From: Candidatus Moanibacter sp.
GTDB taxonomy: Bacteria; Verrucomicrobiota; Verrucomicrobiia; Opitutales; UBA2987
Reading direction: 5' to 3'
DNA length: 64,000 bases
NCBI GenBank assembly: GCA_965215885.1
Contig: CBDCEW010000095.1
Coordinates: 1-64,000 of the forward strand
The position numbers and the translations under genes are program-made. Position 1 is the stretch's first letter, and the number at the start of each line of letters is the position of its first letter. Shown here one piece after another: positions 41,021-51,930 of the stretch. The notes beneath the pieces were generated by a model. It was not told the origin of the DNA. It ran no database searches and worked only from the letters and a program-made list of their open reading frames with translations.

Positions 41021-41328
41021 AAGCCGGGAATTGTATCTGCGATTGCCCCCTGCCCGCCAACCCGCATGATAGCGAGTTCTGAACTTTGCAACTCACTGTC
41101 CGCTGCTGAGAGAAACGAAGTCCCGGCTTGCCGGGGTTCACTCTTCACTACTGATCTCGCATCCCCGTCGAAACGAAGTGAAGACCCTGAGCTCTGCATG
41201 CCACGGCGGAGCGGAGACGGGTCGAAGGGCATCCCGCATCACTGACCCCTCCTTATTCGTTGCTCACTCTCCCCTTTTACTCCCCCCCCACTCCAGCCTT
41301 CCAACACTCCAGCACGCCATTCTTGAAT

Positions 41329-42441
41329 ATGCCTCATACCAGCAACGCTACCCCCATCGGCCTCATCGGCTGCGGCAAGATCAGCCCGGCATACTTAAAG
41401 TGTTGCCGTGAATTCGATCAGATCGAGATCGTCGCATGCGCCGACCTCAACCCTGAAGCTGCCCAGGCTCTCGCCACCGAATACTCGATTCCGCGAGTCT
41501 GCTCCGTCGAGGAGATTCTCAACGACGGCGAAATTGAGATCATTCTCAATCTGACAGTCCCCGCCGCTCATACCGAAGTCAATCGGATGGCCCTCGAACA
41601 CGGCAAACACGCCTACTGCGAAAAGCCTTTCGGCCTCGATCGGGACGAAGCTCGCGCCGTCCTCGATCTTGCGAAAGAGAAGAATCTCCGCGTTGGATGC
41701 GCGCCCGATACAGTCTACGGTCCCGGTATCCAGACCTGCCGAAACCTTATCGACGCCGGAGCGATTGGGGAACCGACCGCCGCTGTCGCCTTCTGCTGCG
41801 GTGGAGGGCACGAATCCTGGCACCCAAACCCCTCATTCTATTATCAAAAAGGCGGCGGGCCCCTCTTCGATATGGGGCCCTACTATCTCACCGCTCTCGC
41901 CGTCCTCATGGGTCCGGCCGCCTCGGTCTCAGCTATGACCAAAATCACCTTCCCGCAACGTGTCGCCACCTGCGAGGAGCAACGTGGTCTCGTCATCAAA
42001 GTTGAGGTTCCCACTCATCTCACCGGAACCATCGCCTACGAGAATGGCGTTCTCGCAACAACCGCCTTCAGCTTCGATACGAAAGGGGGAACCCAACTCC
42101 CCCGCATCGAGATTTACGGAACGGAGGCCTCCCTTTCCGTTCCCGACCCCAACCGATTCGACGGTCCCGTTTCCCTCAAGGAAAAGGGAGCCGCCGAATG
42201 GAAGGAAATCCCACACACACACAAGCATTACATCGGCCGTGGGCTCGGACTCGCCGACATGGCCTCCGCCATCCGCTCCGGACGCCCTCACCGTGCTTCC
42301 GGAGACCTCGCCTTTCACGTCCTCGACATCATGCTGGCCTTCCACGAATCCGCTGAGTTGAAACAGACAGTTTCACTCCAATCATCCTGTCAACGCCCCG
42401 CTCCACTGCCCACGGATCTTCCGCCGGGAAAGATCGACTGA
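41329..42441 (+). CDS. Gfo/Idh/MocA-family oxidoreductase
   Basis: IGCGKIS, YCEKP, CAPDT, ESWHPNP.FYY..GGGPLFDMGPYY. Confidence 0.93.
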   Translation: MPHTSNATPIGLIGCGKISPAYLKCCREFDQIEIVACADLNPEAAQALATEYSIPRVCSVEEILNDGEIEIILNLTVPAAHTEVNRMALEHGKHAYCEKPFGLDRDEARAVLDLAKEKNLRVGCAPDTVYGPGIQTCRNLIDAGAIGEPTAAVAFCCGGGHESWHPNPSFYYQKGGGPLFDMGPYYLTALAVLMGPAASVSAMTKITFPQRVATCEEQRGLVIKVEVPTHLTGTIAYENGVLATTAFSFDTKGGTQLPRIEIYGTEASLSVPDPNRFDGPVSLKEKGAAEWKEIPHTHKHYIGRGLGLADMASAIRSGRPHRASGDLAFHVLDIMLAFHESAELKQTVSLQSSCQRPAPLPTDLPPGKID

Positions 42442-43000
42442 GAAGGCGCTCAAAACACACCGTTAGGGAGAGGACTGAATCCCGGCAGGCCGGGAGCAAC
42501 GAAGAGAAATAAGAGAGGAGGAGTGGGATGGCTACTGCATCGGTGGGCTACAACTTTGTGAATTCTCATCTTCTCTTTTCCTCTTTCTCCCATTGCCCTC
42601 TCTACTTTTCCCTTGAAAAACCTCCGATTCTGTCCGATCTTATTCTCCACACCGTTCTTTGACTTTCAAATCCGCAAACGCTCCATTCCTCTCGGAGAGC
42701 TTTAAGCATCTCCGAACCTCGTCGGCGTTCTCGGACCTGAAAGGGGACCTTTCAGGTCCACTCTAAATTTCATTAGAGGATCTGTTTTGCGGGCTGGTTG
42801 ATGAATGAAAAATTGCGAGAAGGATTCTAGAACTTCGGGGTCATGACCTTAAGAAGTTGCTATTTTTCCGCTTCGCAATGGGGTCAGGCCTTGCAAACCA
42901 CCCTCCGACGAGCTCCGGGCAATTTGCTAAGGCGACTGACCCCGAAAAATATCAGCTTCTAAGGCTTGACCCCTTATCCGGACAAGATCGACTACCTTCC

Positions 43001-43029
43001 TAGTCAGCCCGCAAAACAGATCCTATAAT
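43001..43029 (+). promoter_or_regulatory. sigma70 promoter of ssrA
   Basis: TAGTCA-17 bp-TATAAT, 8 nt before the tmRNA 5' end. Confidence 0.6.
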
Positions 43030-43037
43030 GAAATTTA

Positions 43038-43394
<357 letters not shown>

Positions 43395-43459
43395 TTAGGC
43401 TAGTATTTATGCGGGTATGGCTTAAATTTGCAGAATTAAATCTGCAAATTTCAAAAGTC

Positions 43460-44728
43460 ATGTCCAAGCATCGTTTCAAAATCTCTCCTTTCACGAATCC
43501 CTCCGGCGGCAAAGCTTACCGCGTGTCGGGCACGCTGGATGGCAAGAGCATCCGCAAGAATTTCAAGACGCGATCCGATGCGGTCGCGTATCGTCAGGAG
43601 CTGGAAATTCAGTTCCTCCAAGGAGAGTCCGAAGGACAGACCGTCTGGACCACCCTGACGCATGATCAAAATCGCGACGCGATTGCGGCGGTCAATCTGC
43701 TGAAAGAGTCGAACTCGAGGAAGTCGTTGACCTTCGCCGTCAAATACTTCCTCGACCATTACAAGGAAGCTGCCGAAACGATGGCGGTTGAAGCTGCCGT
43801 GGAGGAATATACCGATGAGAGGTCCCGGGAGTTTGAGCGCGGGATCATTTCCCGTCGCCAGGAGCGGGCCATCAGCATCGAGATGGACAACCTCAAGGAT
43901 TACTTCGCGGGACGGATTGTCGGGGAAATCCGTGGCGATGAACTACGGGAATACCTGGACAAAACGCGGGGCCGGTCGAAGGCGGTGCCATCCCTGAAGA
44001 CCTGGAACAACCGGCGCGGTTACCTGAGCACCTTCTTCAAATACTGCCTCGCCAAGAAATACGTCGCCGAGAATCCGATCCTCGATGTGCCTCAATTCAA
44101 GGTGAAGAAAGCCCGCGGAACGGCGGCGACGCTGTCCGCTGCGGAAGCGAAGGAATTCATGTACTGGCTGGAGACCTATCGCGGGAAGCAGAACAAGGAC
44201 GGCTCGTGGTGGGGCCGACCGGGCTGCATGGTGCCCTACTTCGCACTCACGCTGTTCGCCGGCATCCGGCCCGACTTCAAAGACGGCGAGATCGGGAAGC
44301 TGCGCCCGCAGGACATCCGCTTCGATACCGACGTGATCCTGATCGAACCAGAAATTTCCAAAGTCAACGAGAAGCGCACGATCAAGCTCCAGCCGAATCT
44401 CCGCCGCTGGCTGGAGAAATACCCGATCAGGGATTATCCGATCATTCCGCGCCGCATGCGCGACCTCTGGGTCGATGTCCGCAAGGGGCGTAACCTCCCG
44501 TATGACGTAATGCGGCACACTTTCATTTCGATGACGGTCGGGGCCTTCCGGTCGGTCGGTGACACGGCCCTGCAGGCGGGCAACTCGGAAGCTGTAAGCC
44601 GCAAGCACTACCTCGACCTCAAGAGTGTCGAGGAAGCAGACGAGTTCTGGAAGATCGTCCCGAAGGGCGAGGAACTGCCGCCGATGGAGAAGAAGGACGG
44701 GCGATACCTGCTGCCCAAGAATCTTTGA
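43460..44728 (+). CDS. Tyrosine recombinase/integrase adjacent to tmRNA
   Basis: FAGIRP, MRHTF, AGNS, RKHY; begins about 67 nt after ssrA. Confidence 0.88.
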   Translation: MSKHRFKISPFTNPSGGKAYRVSGTLDGKSIRKNFKTRSDAVAYRQELEIQFLQGESEGQTVWTTLTHDQNRDAIAAVNLLKESNSRKSLTFAVKYFLDHYKEAAETMAVEAAVEEYTDERSREFERGIISRRQERAISIEMDNLKDYFAGRIVGEIRGDELREYLDKTRGRSKAVPSLKTWNNRRGYLSTFFKYCLAKKYVAENPILDVPQFKVKKARGTAATLSAAEAKEFMYWLETYRGKQNKDGSWWGRPGCMVPYFALTLFAGIRPDFKDGEIGKLRPQDIRFDTDVILIEPEISKVNEKRTIKLQPNLRRWLEKYPIRDYPIIPRRMRDLWVDVRKGRNLPYDVMRHTFISMTVGAFRSVGDTALQAGNSEAVSRKHYLDLKSVEEADEFWKIVPKGEELPPMEKKDGRYLLPKNL

Positions 44729-44931
44729 TTCGGTGGTCGAGGGGGCCCGGAACTCTGAGATTTTTGAGACAAATATTATTATAAAATTGTCCTAAAAATA
44801 GGGAATTATATACTTAAGTAACCACGGCGGGGCGGGTTAAATATTGAGAATTATATCGTTGACTCCACACTCATGATTGACGCCAAATTGACAACGGTCT
44901 AGGTTGCTGCCTCGAAAAGGATGCCGAAGAC

Positions 44932-46476
44932 ATGAAGCCGAACTGGAAAAACCGGACTCTGTTCCACGGCGATAATCTTGATTTCATGCGGGCGATGAAC
45001 AGCGGGTCCGTCGACCTCATAGCCACGGGACCCGCCATTCAACAAGGGGCGAGACTTCCACGCCACTCCGGATAGCCTCGCCGCTGGTGCGAAGTTCCAC
45101 GCCCGATGGTCATGGGAACAGGATGTGCATCAGGATTGGATCGACCAGATAACGGACGACCATCCAAACGTGATGAACGTCGTGCAGGGTTCGCGTTCAA
45201 GCTACGGCGACGACATGGCCGCGTTCCTTTGCTTCATGGCTGTTCGTCTGTTGGCTATGCATAGGGTATTGAAGTCCACGGGAAGCATCTATCTGCATTG
45301 CGACCCGACCGCTTCCCATTATTTGAAGGGACTGATGGATGCCATTTTCGGAAGGAGGAATTTTCGGAACGAGGTGATCTGGAAACGGACTTCCAGCCAC
45401 AATCGAGCAAAGCGGTGGGGACCAATTCACGGCATTTTGTTGTTTTATTCCAAGGGGCGGAAACTCACATGGAATCGCGTCCTGCAACCGCTGGAGAGCG
45501 ACTACGTGGAGTCGTTCTACCGATATACGGATGATAGGGGACGCTACGGGGTCGACAATCTTCTTGGTCCGGGACCACGGACGGGGGATACCGGAATGCC
45601 GTGGCGAGGGACCGACCCGATGGAAAAGGGAAGGCATTGGGAAGTTCCACCGGACAGGGCGATGCCTGACTGGTTCGTTTTCCCGGAGAATTACGCCGAG
45701 CTTAGCGCGAGGAAGAGGCTGGACTTGCTCGACGAACAAGGGCTGATCTACTGGCCGAGAAAGGAAGGCGGAGTCCCGCGATACAAAAGGTATTTCGGCA
45801 GCCACAGCGGCTCGCCCGTTCAGGATATGATTCTCGACATAAAGCCTCTCTCCAAAGGGTCCACGGAGAGAATAGGCTATCCCACTCAAAAGCCTCTGGC
45901 ACTGTATGAAAGGATAATCAAGACCACGTCTAATTCCGGAGACATGGTTCTCGACCCTTTCGCGGGATGCGCCACTACATGCGTCGCCGCCCAGCGTTTA
46001 GGACGCCAATGGGTAGGCATCGACATCTGGGACAAGGCGCATGAAACGGTCATTGACGATTGCAGAAGGAAGGTTTCGCTGGGCCGGACGGAAGCATAGG
46101 AGAGGCGTTGCCTCTATACGGCAAAATCCACTACTCGACCGAACCTCCCGAGCGCACAGACAACGGGGACACGGCGGCACCTTTCCTTCGGGTCAAGGTA
46201 CGTATCAAGGAGCCCGAAGACAAGAAGATGAGTCGGAAGGAGATGTACGAGCATCTGTTGGACCAGCACGGCATGAGGTGCCAAGGCTGCTATAGGACTT
46301 TCGACGACCCGCGCTATCTTAAACTCGACCACAACACGCCGCGTTCCGACGGCGGCATCAACCACATCACCAACAGGATTTTGTTGTGCGGCCCATGCAA
46401 TCTCGCCAAGAGCAATATCTACACTCTGAGCGGATTGCGGAAATTGAATGAAAAGAACGGGTGGATAGCGAAGTGA
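44932..46476 (+). pseudogene. Beta-class DNA amino-methyltransferase fused to HNH endonuclease, two frameshifts
   Basis: GDNL..SVDLIAT/DPPFN (+1 at ~45028), YPTQKP, DPFAG; -1 at ~46057 joins CQGC..DH..P..GG..N..LC.PCN. Confidence 0.82.
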
Positions 46477-46619
46477 TGTGGAATCAACGATATGAGACAC
46501 TACCGAGTTTCCACAGGTATGAACTCGCTAAGTTGCTTGTTTGCCAAATTGCCAGAAGAGTAATGACATCCTGAATCAAGACCGGAGTATTGGACCTTGA
46601 CAAAGGTTAATTTTGCTCT

Positions 46620-46889
46620 TTAGCTTCTTTAGTGGTGTGATGGCCTCTGGCTTTGCGTTTGGTTGCGCTAAAGACACTGTTGAGTTCTTCAATGCAGGTA
46701 TTGGTGAAGTGCGATTCCCAGTGGGCGAGGGTTTCCTCTTGGTGATTTTCGATTATGTTGGCCCATGGGTTTAAGGAAGCCTCGCCATGATGCTTACACA
46801 TTGCGGTAATAACGTTCGAAATAGGTACTCAGGTTGCGTCTTCTCAGTAAAGGATATTGTGCCAGTACCACTGAAAACGTCGAGGAACC
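46620..46889 (-). mobile_element. Truncated ISL3-derived MITE
   Basis: 270-bp inverted copy of 59966-60235. Confidence 0.85.
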
Positions 46890-46992
46890 GAAATCGAACT
46901 CGGCCAGATAACGGTGCAGGTGCTTCTCCGAGCAATGCTGATAGACATCCAAATTGAGGGTTGAAATATGGTCACTCAAGTATATAAGTCCC
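46890..46992 (-). pseudogene. IS1595 transposase C-terminal scrap and terminal repeat
   Basis: VYQHCSEKHLHRYLAEFDF; AAGTATATAAGTCCC is an inverted match to 44801-44815. Confidence 0.6.
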
Positions 46993-47079
46993 TTTTTTTA
47001 CAAGCACGGAGGGGTCGTTGAGTATGCAGCCACACGAACAGGATGACACGGGGGTTGATCTCGGAAGCAATGAGCTCTT

Positions 47080-50000
47080 ATGACTTATTCGCACGTGAGG
47101 TATGCCGAAACTGGATTGGTTAAGGAGATGCGTGACGACGTACGTGTCGTATATGGACCGAGCGTAAATCCGCCAGAGTCCCGCGCGCTGCACACCCTAG
47201 CAGCTACATTCCTCCTGGCTTTCGCCATGCTGTTTGCCGCGGCCCTCCCCGCGCAAGCCCAGACCACGATCTGGTCGGCCACGCTGGATCCGCTAGTCAC
47301 ATTCTCAGGGACCCCCGTACCGCTGGGCTGCGACAACACTTCGGGTGCCACCTTGCAATGTTCCAATTCGGACAGGCTGAGCGACGACGACTTCACCGAT
47401 GACGGTATGACCTACGCGGTCACTAAATTTTTCACTAAGAACGGAGTCTTGACATTTAGGCTCGATACGGGTGCCACAGCCGCCACACAGGGTCTGACAC
47501 TGGTGATTGACAGCGAGGAATTCGTCCTTAAGGAGGCCGACCGGATCAACGGCGCCAAGACTCAATGGAAGTGGAATAACACCACCCTGAGTTGGACTGC
47601 GGGGACCGACGTCGCCGTGTCGCTCGTTGTGACCGACGCTCCCGCCACCGGCCAGCCGACGATTTCCGGTGGGGGGCAGGTGGGCAAGACGCTGACGGCG
47701 GCGACGGACGACATCGAGGACCTGGATGGGCTGCCGACGACCCCCACGTTCACCTACCAGTGGGTGCGGGTGGACGGCCTCACCGACACCGACATCCCAG
47801 GGGCGACCTCCGAAACCTACACGCTGACCGCGTCCGACCTGGGCAAGCAGATCAAGGTGAAGGTGAGCGTCACCGACTCCCGGGGCCACGCCGAGGGCCC
47901 GCTCACGAGCGGCGCGTATCCCTCGAACGGGACAGTGACAGTGGTGGTGTTGCCGGGCCCCTGTCCCGCGGTCAACGACTGGTGCGCGACGATGACGGTG
48001 GCAGACGCCGAAGGCGACGGCCGTTTGCTCGGGTATGAGTATGACAAGTTCGGCTCGCTCGACGACGACCAGATCGAATACGGCGACGAAGAATTCAACG
48101 TCTGGACGGTGCACACCTATAAGGAACTGTCCCGTGCTTACTTTTACTTCGGCTCCATACCGCGGGTGCCGCGCGGCACGGTGGTCACCGTTGGCGAGCA
48201 CACGTTTACAACGGACATGGAGTCGGATGACGGCAGCACGGGCGATTTATGGCACTATCCCGCCGGCGAGTTGCCCCCCGGCCTGGTCTGGTTGGACGGC
48301 CAGGAAGTCAGGGTCAGTCTCGTGTTGGGGAGCTCGCCACCTAGACTCTCGATCGCGGACGCCAGCGCCGCCGAGAACGACGGCCACCTCCTGTTCGATG
48401 TCACGCTCTCACCAGCTTCGCCGCACACGGTGAAGGTCGACTTCGAGACTACTTCGGGAGGCACCGCCACCGAAGGCGTCGACTACTGGCCGCACGTCTA
48501 CACCCACGTCATTCAGGCGGGAGAGACGACCGTGCAGATGGGCTTCGCGCTCATTGAGGACACGGTCACCGACGCCGGGGAGACGGTGATGGTAAGGCTC
48601 AGCAACGCGCGCCTGATCAATAAGCGCGGCAAAAAGAAAGCGGACCTCGACATCACGATCGACGAGGCGACGGGAACGATCGACGCGCCGTCGATCTCCA
48701 CGACCAACGTGCCGGGTCTGACCATTGGGATCGAAGACGCGACCGGGGACGAGGACGACGGGTGGCTCGATTTCAGAGTCAGGCTCTCGCGGAAGCATGA
48801 CGACTATGTGTGTTACGACTTCGAGACCATCTCGGGCGGCACCGCCACGGAAGGAACGGACTACCTCAAGTTCCCGAAAGCCATGTACTGGATGCAGATC
48901 GGAAAACGGGTGGACAAGCCCTTCGTCCGCATCATCGACGATAGGGTGAACGACAACGGCGAGACCGTGAAGGTCAAGATCAGCAATGCACGGCTGTGCA
49001 ATGACGCATCCCAGACGCTTTCCATCACGAGAGCCGAGGCGACCGGAACGATCAGGAACAGCGACCCGCTGCCGCAGGCGACCCCCTCCAACCGGGCCGA
49101 AGCTACCCTGGGGGTGGGGGCCCTGGACTTTGCGTATTTCGCCAATGGGGAGGGCATCATCTCCGATCTGGTGCTCAATTCCAGCTTGAATGCTACAACG
49201 ATCAAGGTGACGATCGAAAACCTTGCTCCCGAGGCAGGCACGCACTTGACACCGGTATGGATCGGGTTTCACGACGGGAGTTTCGATCTGTTTGATGAAG
49301 GAGAAACCGTTTCGGAAGCCCTCGAATCGCTCGCCGAGGACGGAGACACGAGTTCGGTAAGTGCCGATTTTGGAATGAGCGCAGGCGGCGTGCGCGATGC
49401 GACGATCACCGGCCCGGGATCTCCTCCCGTCTTTTTCCCGGGTAACTCGAATTCGACTGTCTTCACCCTGGACGCGGGTTCGCCGCTGAGCCGTTACCTC
49501 AGTTTCGCTTCCATGATAATTCCGAGTAACGATGCCTTTGTCGCCAATGATGATCCCCTCGTCTTTGAGATATTCGACGAGGAGGGAAACTTCATCGAAA
49601 CGGAAATTCTCATAATGGGCAGTCTGGTTTGGGATGCCGGCAGCGAGGTCAATGACGAGGTGCCTGCAAACGTGGCATTTCTCGAGCAGGCGGCGCCGAA
49701 CACCGGTGAGAGTGAAGACGGAAACGTCCAGTTCCATGAGGGGTTCAGCGAGGAAGGGGCGATCTTAGGTGCTTTTCCGAATGCCGACTTTACGATGGAA
49801 GATTACGAGATAGTCCGAATAACAATCACCGAAAAACCTGCCACTCCCGTCGAAGTTCTTGTGACAATTAGTAATCTGGCACCGGCGGAAGGGACTCATC
49901 TTGCGCCGTTCTGGGTGGGATTTCATGATGGCAGCTTCAATCTCTTCGATGAGGGTGCCGCAGCCTCTCCCGGTCTGGAATCAACAGCTGAGGACGGCGC

Positions 50001-51357
50001 CACCGCTTTGCTTTCGGCCGAATTTTCCAACGCTGCGTTGGGCTTTGAAGACGCCACCATCACTGGTCCGGGTCCGCCCCCTGTGTTCTTTTCCGGTAAC
50101 ACCAGTGCGTTCAAGTTCAGCCTGGATAGCAGTTCACCGCTTAATCGCTATTTCAGTTTCGCGTCTATGATTATTCCGAGTAACGATGCGTTCATAGGTA
50201 ACGGGGATCCCATGGCCTATGAGGTTTTTGACGAATCAGGGAATTTCGTCATGACGGAGATCATAATCCTCGGAACACAGGTTTGGGATGCCGGTACGGA
50301 AGTGAACGACGAGGTGCCGGCAAACGTGGCGTTTCTCGAGCAGGCGGCGCCGAATACGGGCCCAGACGAAAATGGAACGGTGCAATTCCATAGTGGGTTC
50401 GCGTCGGGGGGCGCGATATTAACGGCTTTTCCGAATGCCGACTTTACAGCCGGTGGATATCAGGTGGCCCGCATTTCCCTTTCGTCGAGTCTGCTCCTGG
50501 AGGGCTCCGCCCTGTTTGTAAACGACGGCACTTCGTTTCAAGGAAATATCTATGACGGATTCGAATTAAACGGGGCGGAAGCGACGTTCTCATCCTTTCC
50601 CGGCGAGATTACTCGAGTCGCTTTCCTCGATCCGGACGGTGATCTCGTATTCGTGGAATTCGGGAGCGACGATCCGAATACGACCCTAACGATCAGCCTA
50701 CAGGACTTCGCCGCGAGTGTACCATCTCCTTATAACCAAACCGGGAAGACCTATGTGCAGGGTCTGGCGACGATAACCATCGCAAATTCCACAGCGGGAA
50801 CCTATTTATCGGTGTTTACTTTAGGCAATGATCCCGATCGCGTCGACACGGCCATAATCAGTGGCAGCACTTTTTCGGGTAATGTCGATGGAATTGCCGA
50901 CATTAAATCAATCTCGGTGGAATCGCCCGATGGGCAAGTAACGATGATCGGCGGCATAAACGCAGCCAATGCAAATTTCGTGGGATTGCCGGGGGTGTTG
51001 CAATTCATCGGCATAAATGCACCCGACGTCATCGTTGCGAATTTTCTGCTTATTGGTGACCTCACTCCTGTCGGGCGGGCTGCCCCGAGAATCATAATAG
51101 ATCCATCATCGACCATTCAGGAGATTTCCGTTACCGGAGGAGACTTGCGTGAAGCGGTAGGGTCACTTCGGGTCGACACGGATGATGGCGTCTATCCTTT
51201 CAGTTTTACCGCTTCATCCGGTCAGCGATCAATCAGCGACTCCTCCCTTCGACCGGACCTCGGTGACGGTAGGCTCGATGCCGCCACGGACACATTCGCG
51301 AGCGATGTGGATAGCTATTTCCTCACCGGTGGTCAATCGAGCGGCGTAGGGCAATAA
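47080..51357 (+). CDS. Large secreted protein: Ig-like, 2x Calx-beta, 2x spondin-N, conserved C-terminal domain
   Basis: Signal peptide ..LPAQA; GTATEG.DY Calx-beta motifs; FHDGSF.LFD..AEDG..ASMIIPSNDAF twice. Confidence 0.8.
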   Translation: MTYSHVRYAETGLVKEMRDDVRVVYGPSVNPPESRALHTLAATFLLAFAMLFAAALPAQAQTTIWSATLDPLVTFSGTPVPLGCDNTSGATLQCSNSDRLSDDDFTDDGMTYAVTKFFTKNGVLTFRLDTGATAATQGLTLVIDSEEFVLKEADRINGAKTQWKWNNTTLSWTAGTDVAVSLVVTDAPATGQPTISGGGQVGKTLTAATDDIEDLDGLPTTPTFTYQWVRVDGLTDTDIPGATSETYTLTASDLGKQIKVKVSVTDSRGHAEGPLTSGAYPSNGTVTVVVLPGPCPAVNDWCATMTVADAEGDGRLLGYEYDKFGSLDDDQIEYGDEEFNVWTVHTYKELSRAYFYFGSIPRVPRGTVVTVGEHTFTTDMESDDGSTGDLWHYPAGELPPGLVWLDGQEVRVSLVLGSSPPRLSIADASAAENDGHLLFDVTLSPASPHTVKVDFETTSGGTATEGVDYWPHVYTHVIQAGETTVQMGFALIEDTVTDAGETVMVRLSNARLINKRGKKKADLDITIDEATGTIDAPSISTTNVPGLTIGIEDATGDEDDGWLDFRVRLSRKHDDYVCYDFETISGGTATEGTDYLKFPKAMYWMQIGKRVDKPFVRIIDDRVNDNGETVKVKISNARLCNDASQTLSITRAEATGTIRNSDPLPQATPSNRAEATLGVGALDFAYFANGEGIISDLVLNSSLNATTIKVTIENLAPEAGTHLTPVWIGFHDGSFDLFDEGETVSEALESLAEDGDTSSVSADFGMSAGGVRDATITGPGSPPVFFPGNSNSTVFTLDAGSPLSRYLSFASMIIPSNDAFVANDDPLVFEIFDEEGNFIETEILIMGSLVWDAGSEVNDEVPANVAFLEQAAPNTGESEDGNVQFHEGFSEEGAILGAFPNADFTMEDYEIVRITITEKPATPVEVLVTISNLAPAEGTHLAPFWVGFHDGSFNLFDEGAAASPGLESTAEDGATALLSAEFSNAALGFEDATITGPGPPPVFFSGNTSAFKFSLDSSSPLNRYFSFASMIIPSNDAFIGNGDPMAYEVFDESGNFVMTEIIILGTQVWDAGTEVNDEVPANVAFLEQAAPNTGPDENGTVQFHSGFASGGAILTAFPNADFTAGGYQVARISLSSSLLLEGSALFVNDGTSFQGNIYDGFELNGAEATFSSFPGEITRVAFLDPDGDLVFVEFGSDDPNTTLTISLQDFAASVPSPYNQTGKTYVQGLATITIANSTAGTYLSVFTLGNDPDRVDTAIISGSTFSGNVDGIADIKSISVESPDGQVTMIGGINAANANFVGLPGVLQFIGINAPDVIVANFLLIGDLTPVGRAAPRIIIDPSSTIQEISVTGGDLREAVGSLRVDTDDGVYPFSFTASSGQRSISDSSLRPDLGDGRLDAATDTFASDVDSYFLTGGQSSGVGQ

Positions 51358-51930
51358 AGAGCGGATATTCAAGAGATATAGCCCAATTGACTGAAAGCAT
51401 ACCACGTCAACTCAAAAAGGGAAAGAAATGACCAAAAAATCTGATCCACCGAAGGTCGATTCGCCTGAGAAAGCCAAAGTTGGCCGGAAGCCACGGCCTA
51501 TGCCAAAACTCTATACCGGATTCTCCCGATAATATAGCTCGGGCGATCCTAAGCAGGCCGGCAAAGAAACCAACCGAGTGGCAATTCTTGCGGCGGGGTA
51601 AATGACCCCGCCTTGGTTACTTCTGTATATAATTCCCATGTTTTATATATCAACTCTTCCGGATCCAATGGAAGCAGCAGATCTTAAACAGCTAAAACGG
51701 AGGACCTTGCATCAACTTCCCCACCAAGTCTTCCACGCTTCGATCGTTTGCACGGCTGCCAGAGTAAGAACCACTCGGGGCCGTTGAGTGGCCTTTGAGG
51801 GCCGATTCTTGTCCTCGGAACGCAGCGATGCTCGTTCGCTAGCTTTTTCAGGCTTGGCAAGAGCATAATGATGGTTCATCGTCGCCAAGCGAAAGCAGAG
51901 TCGTCGCATCGAACTCGGAGAGGTTACACA

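Larger units (their letters stand above)
38616..41081 (-). mobile_element. Unclassified IS with large transposase
   Basis: TIRs CAGATCTCACTAT / revcomp CAGAACTCGCTAT; 5-bp direct repeat AACTT at 38611-38615 and 41082-41086. Confidence 0.7.

Noticed and set aside
48409..49737. 442-aa antisense ORF
   Set aside because: Antisense shadow of a GC-rich coding region.
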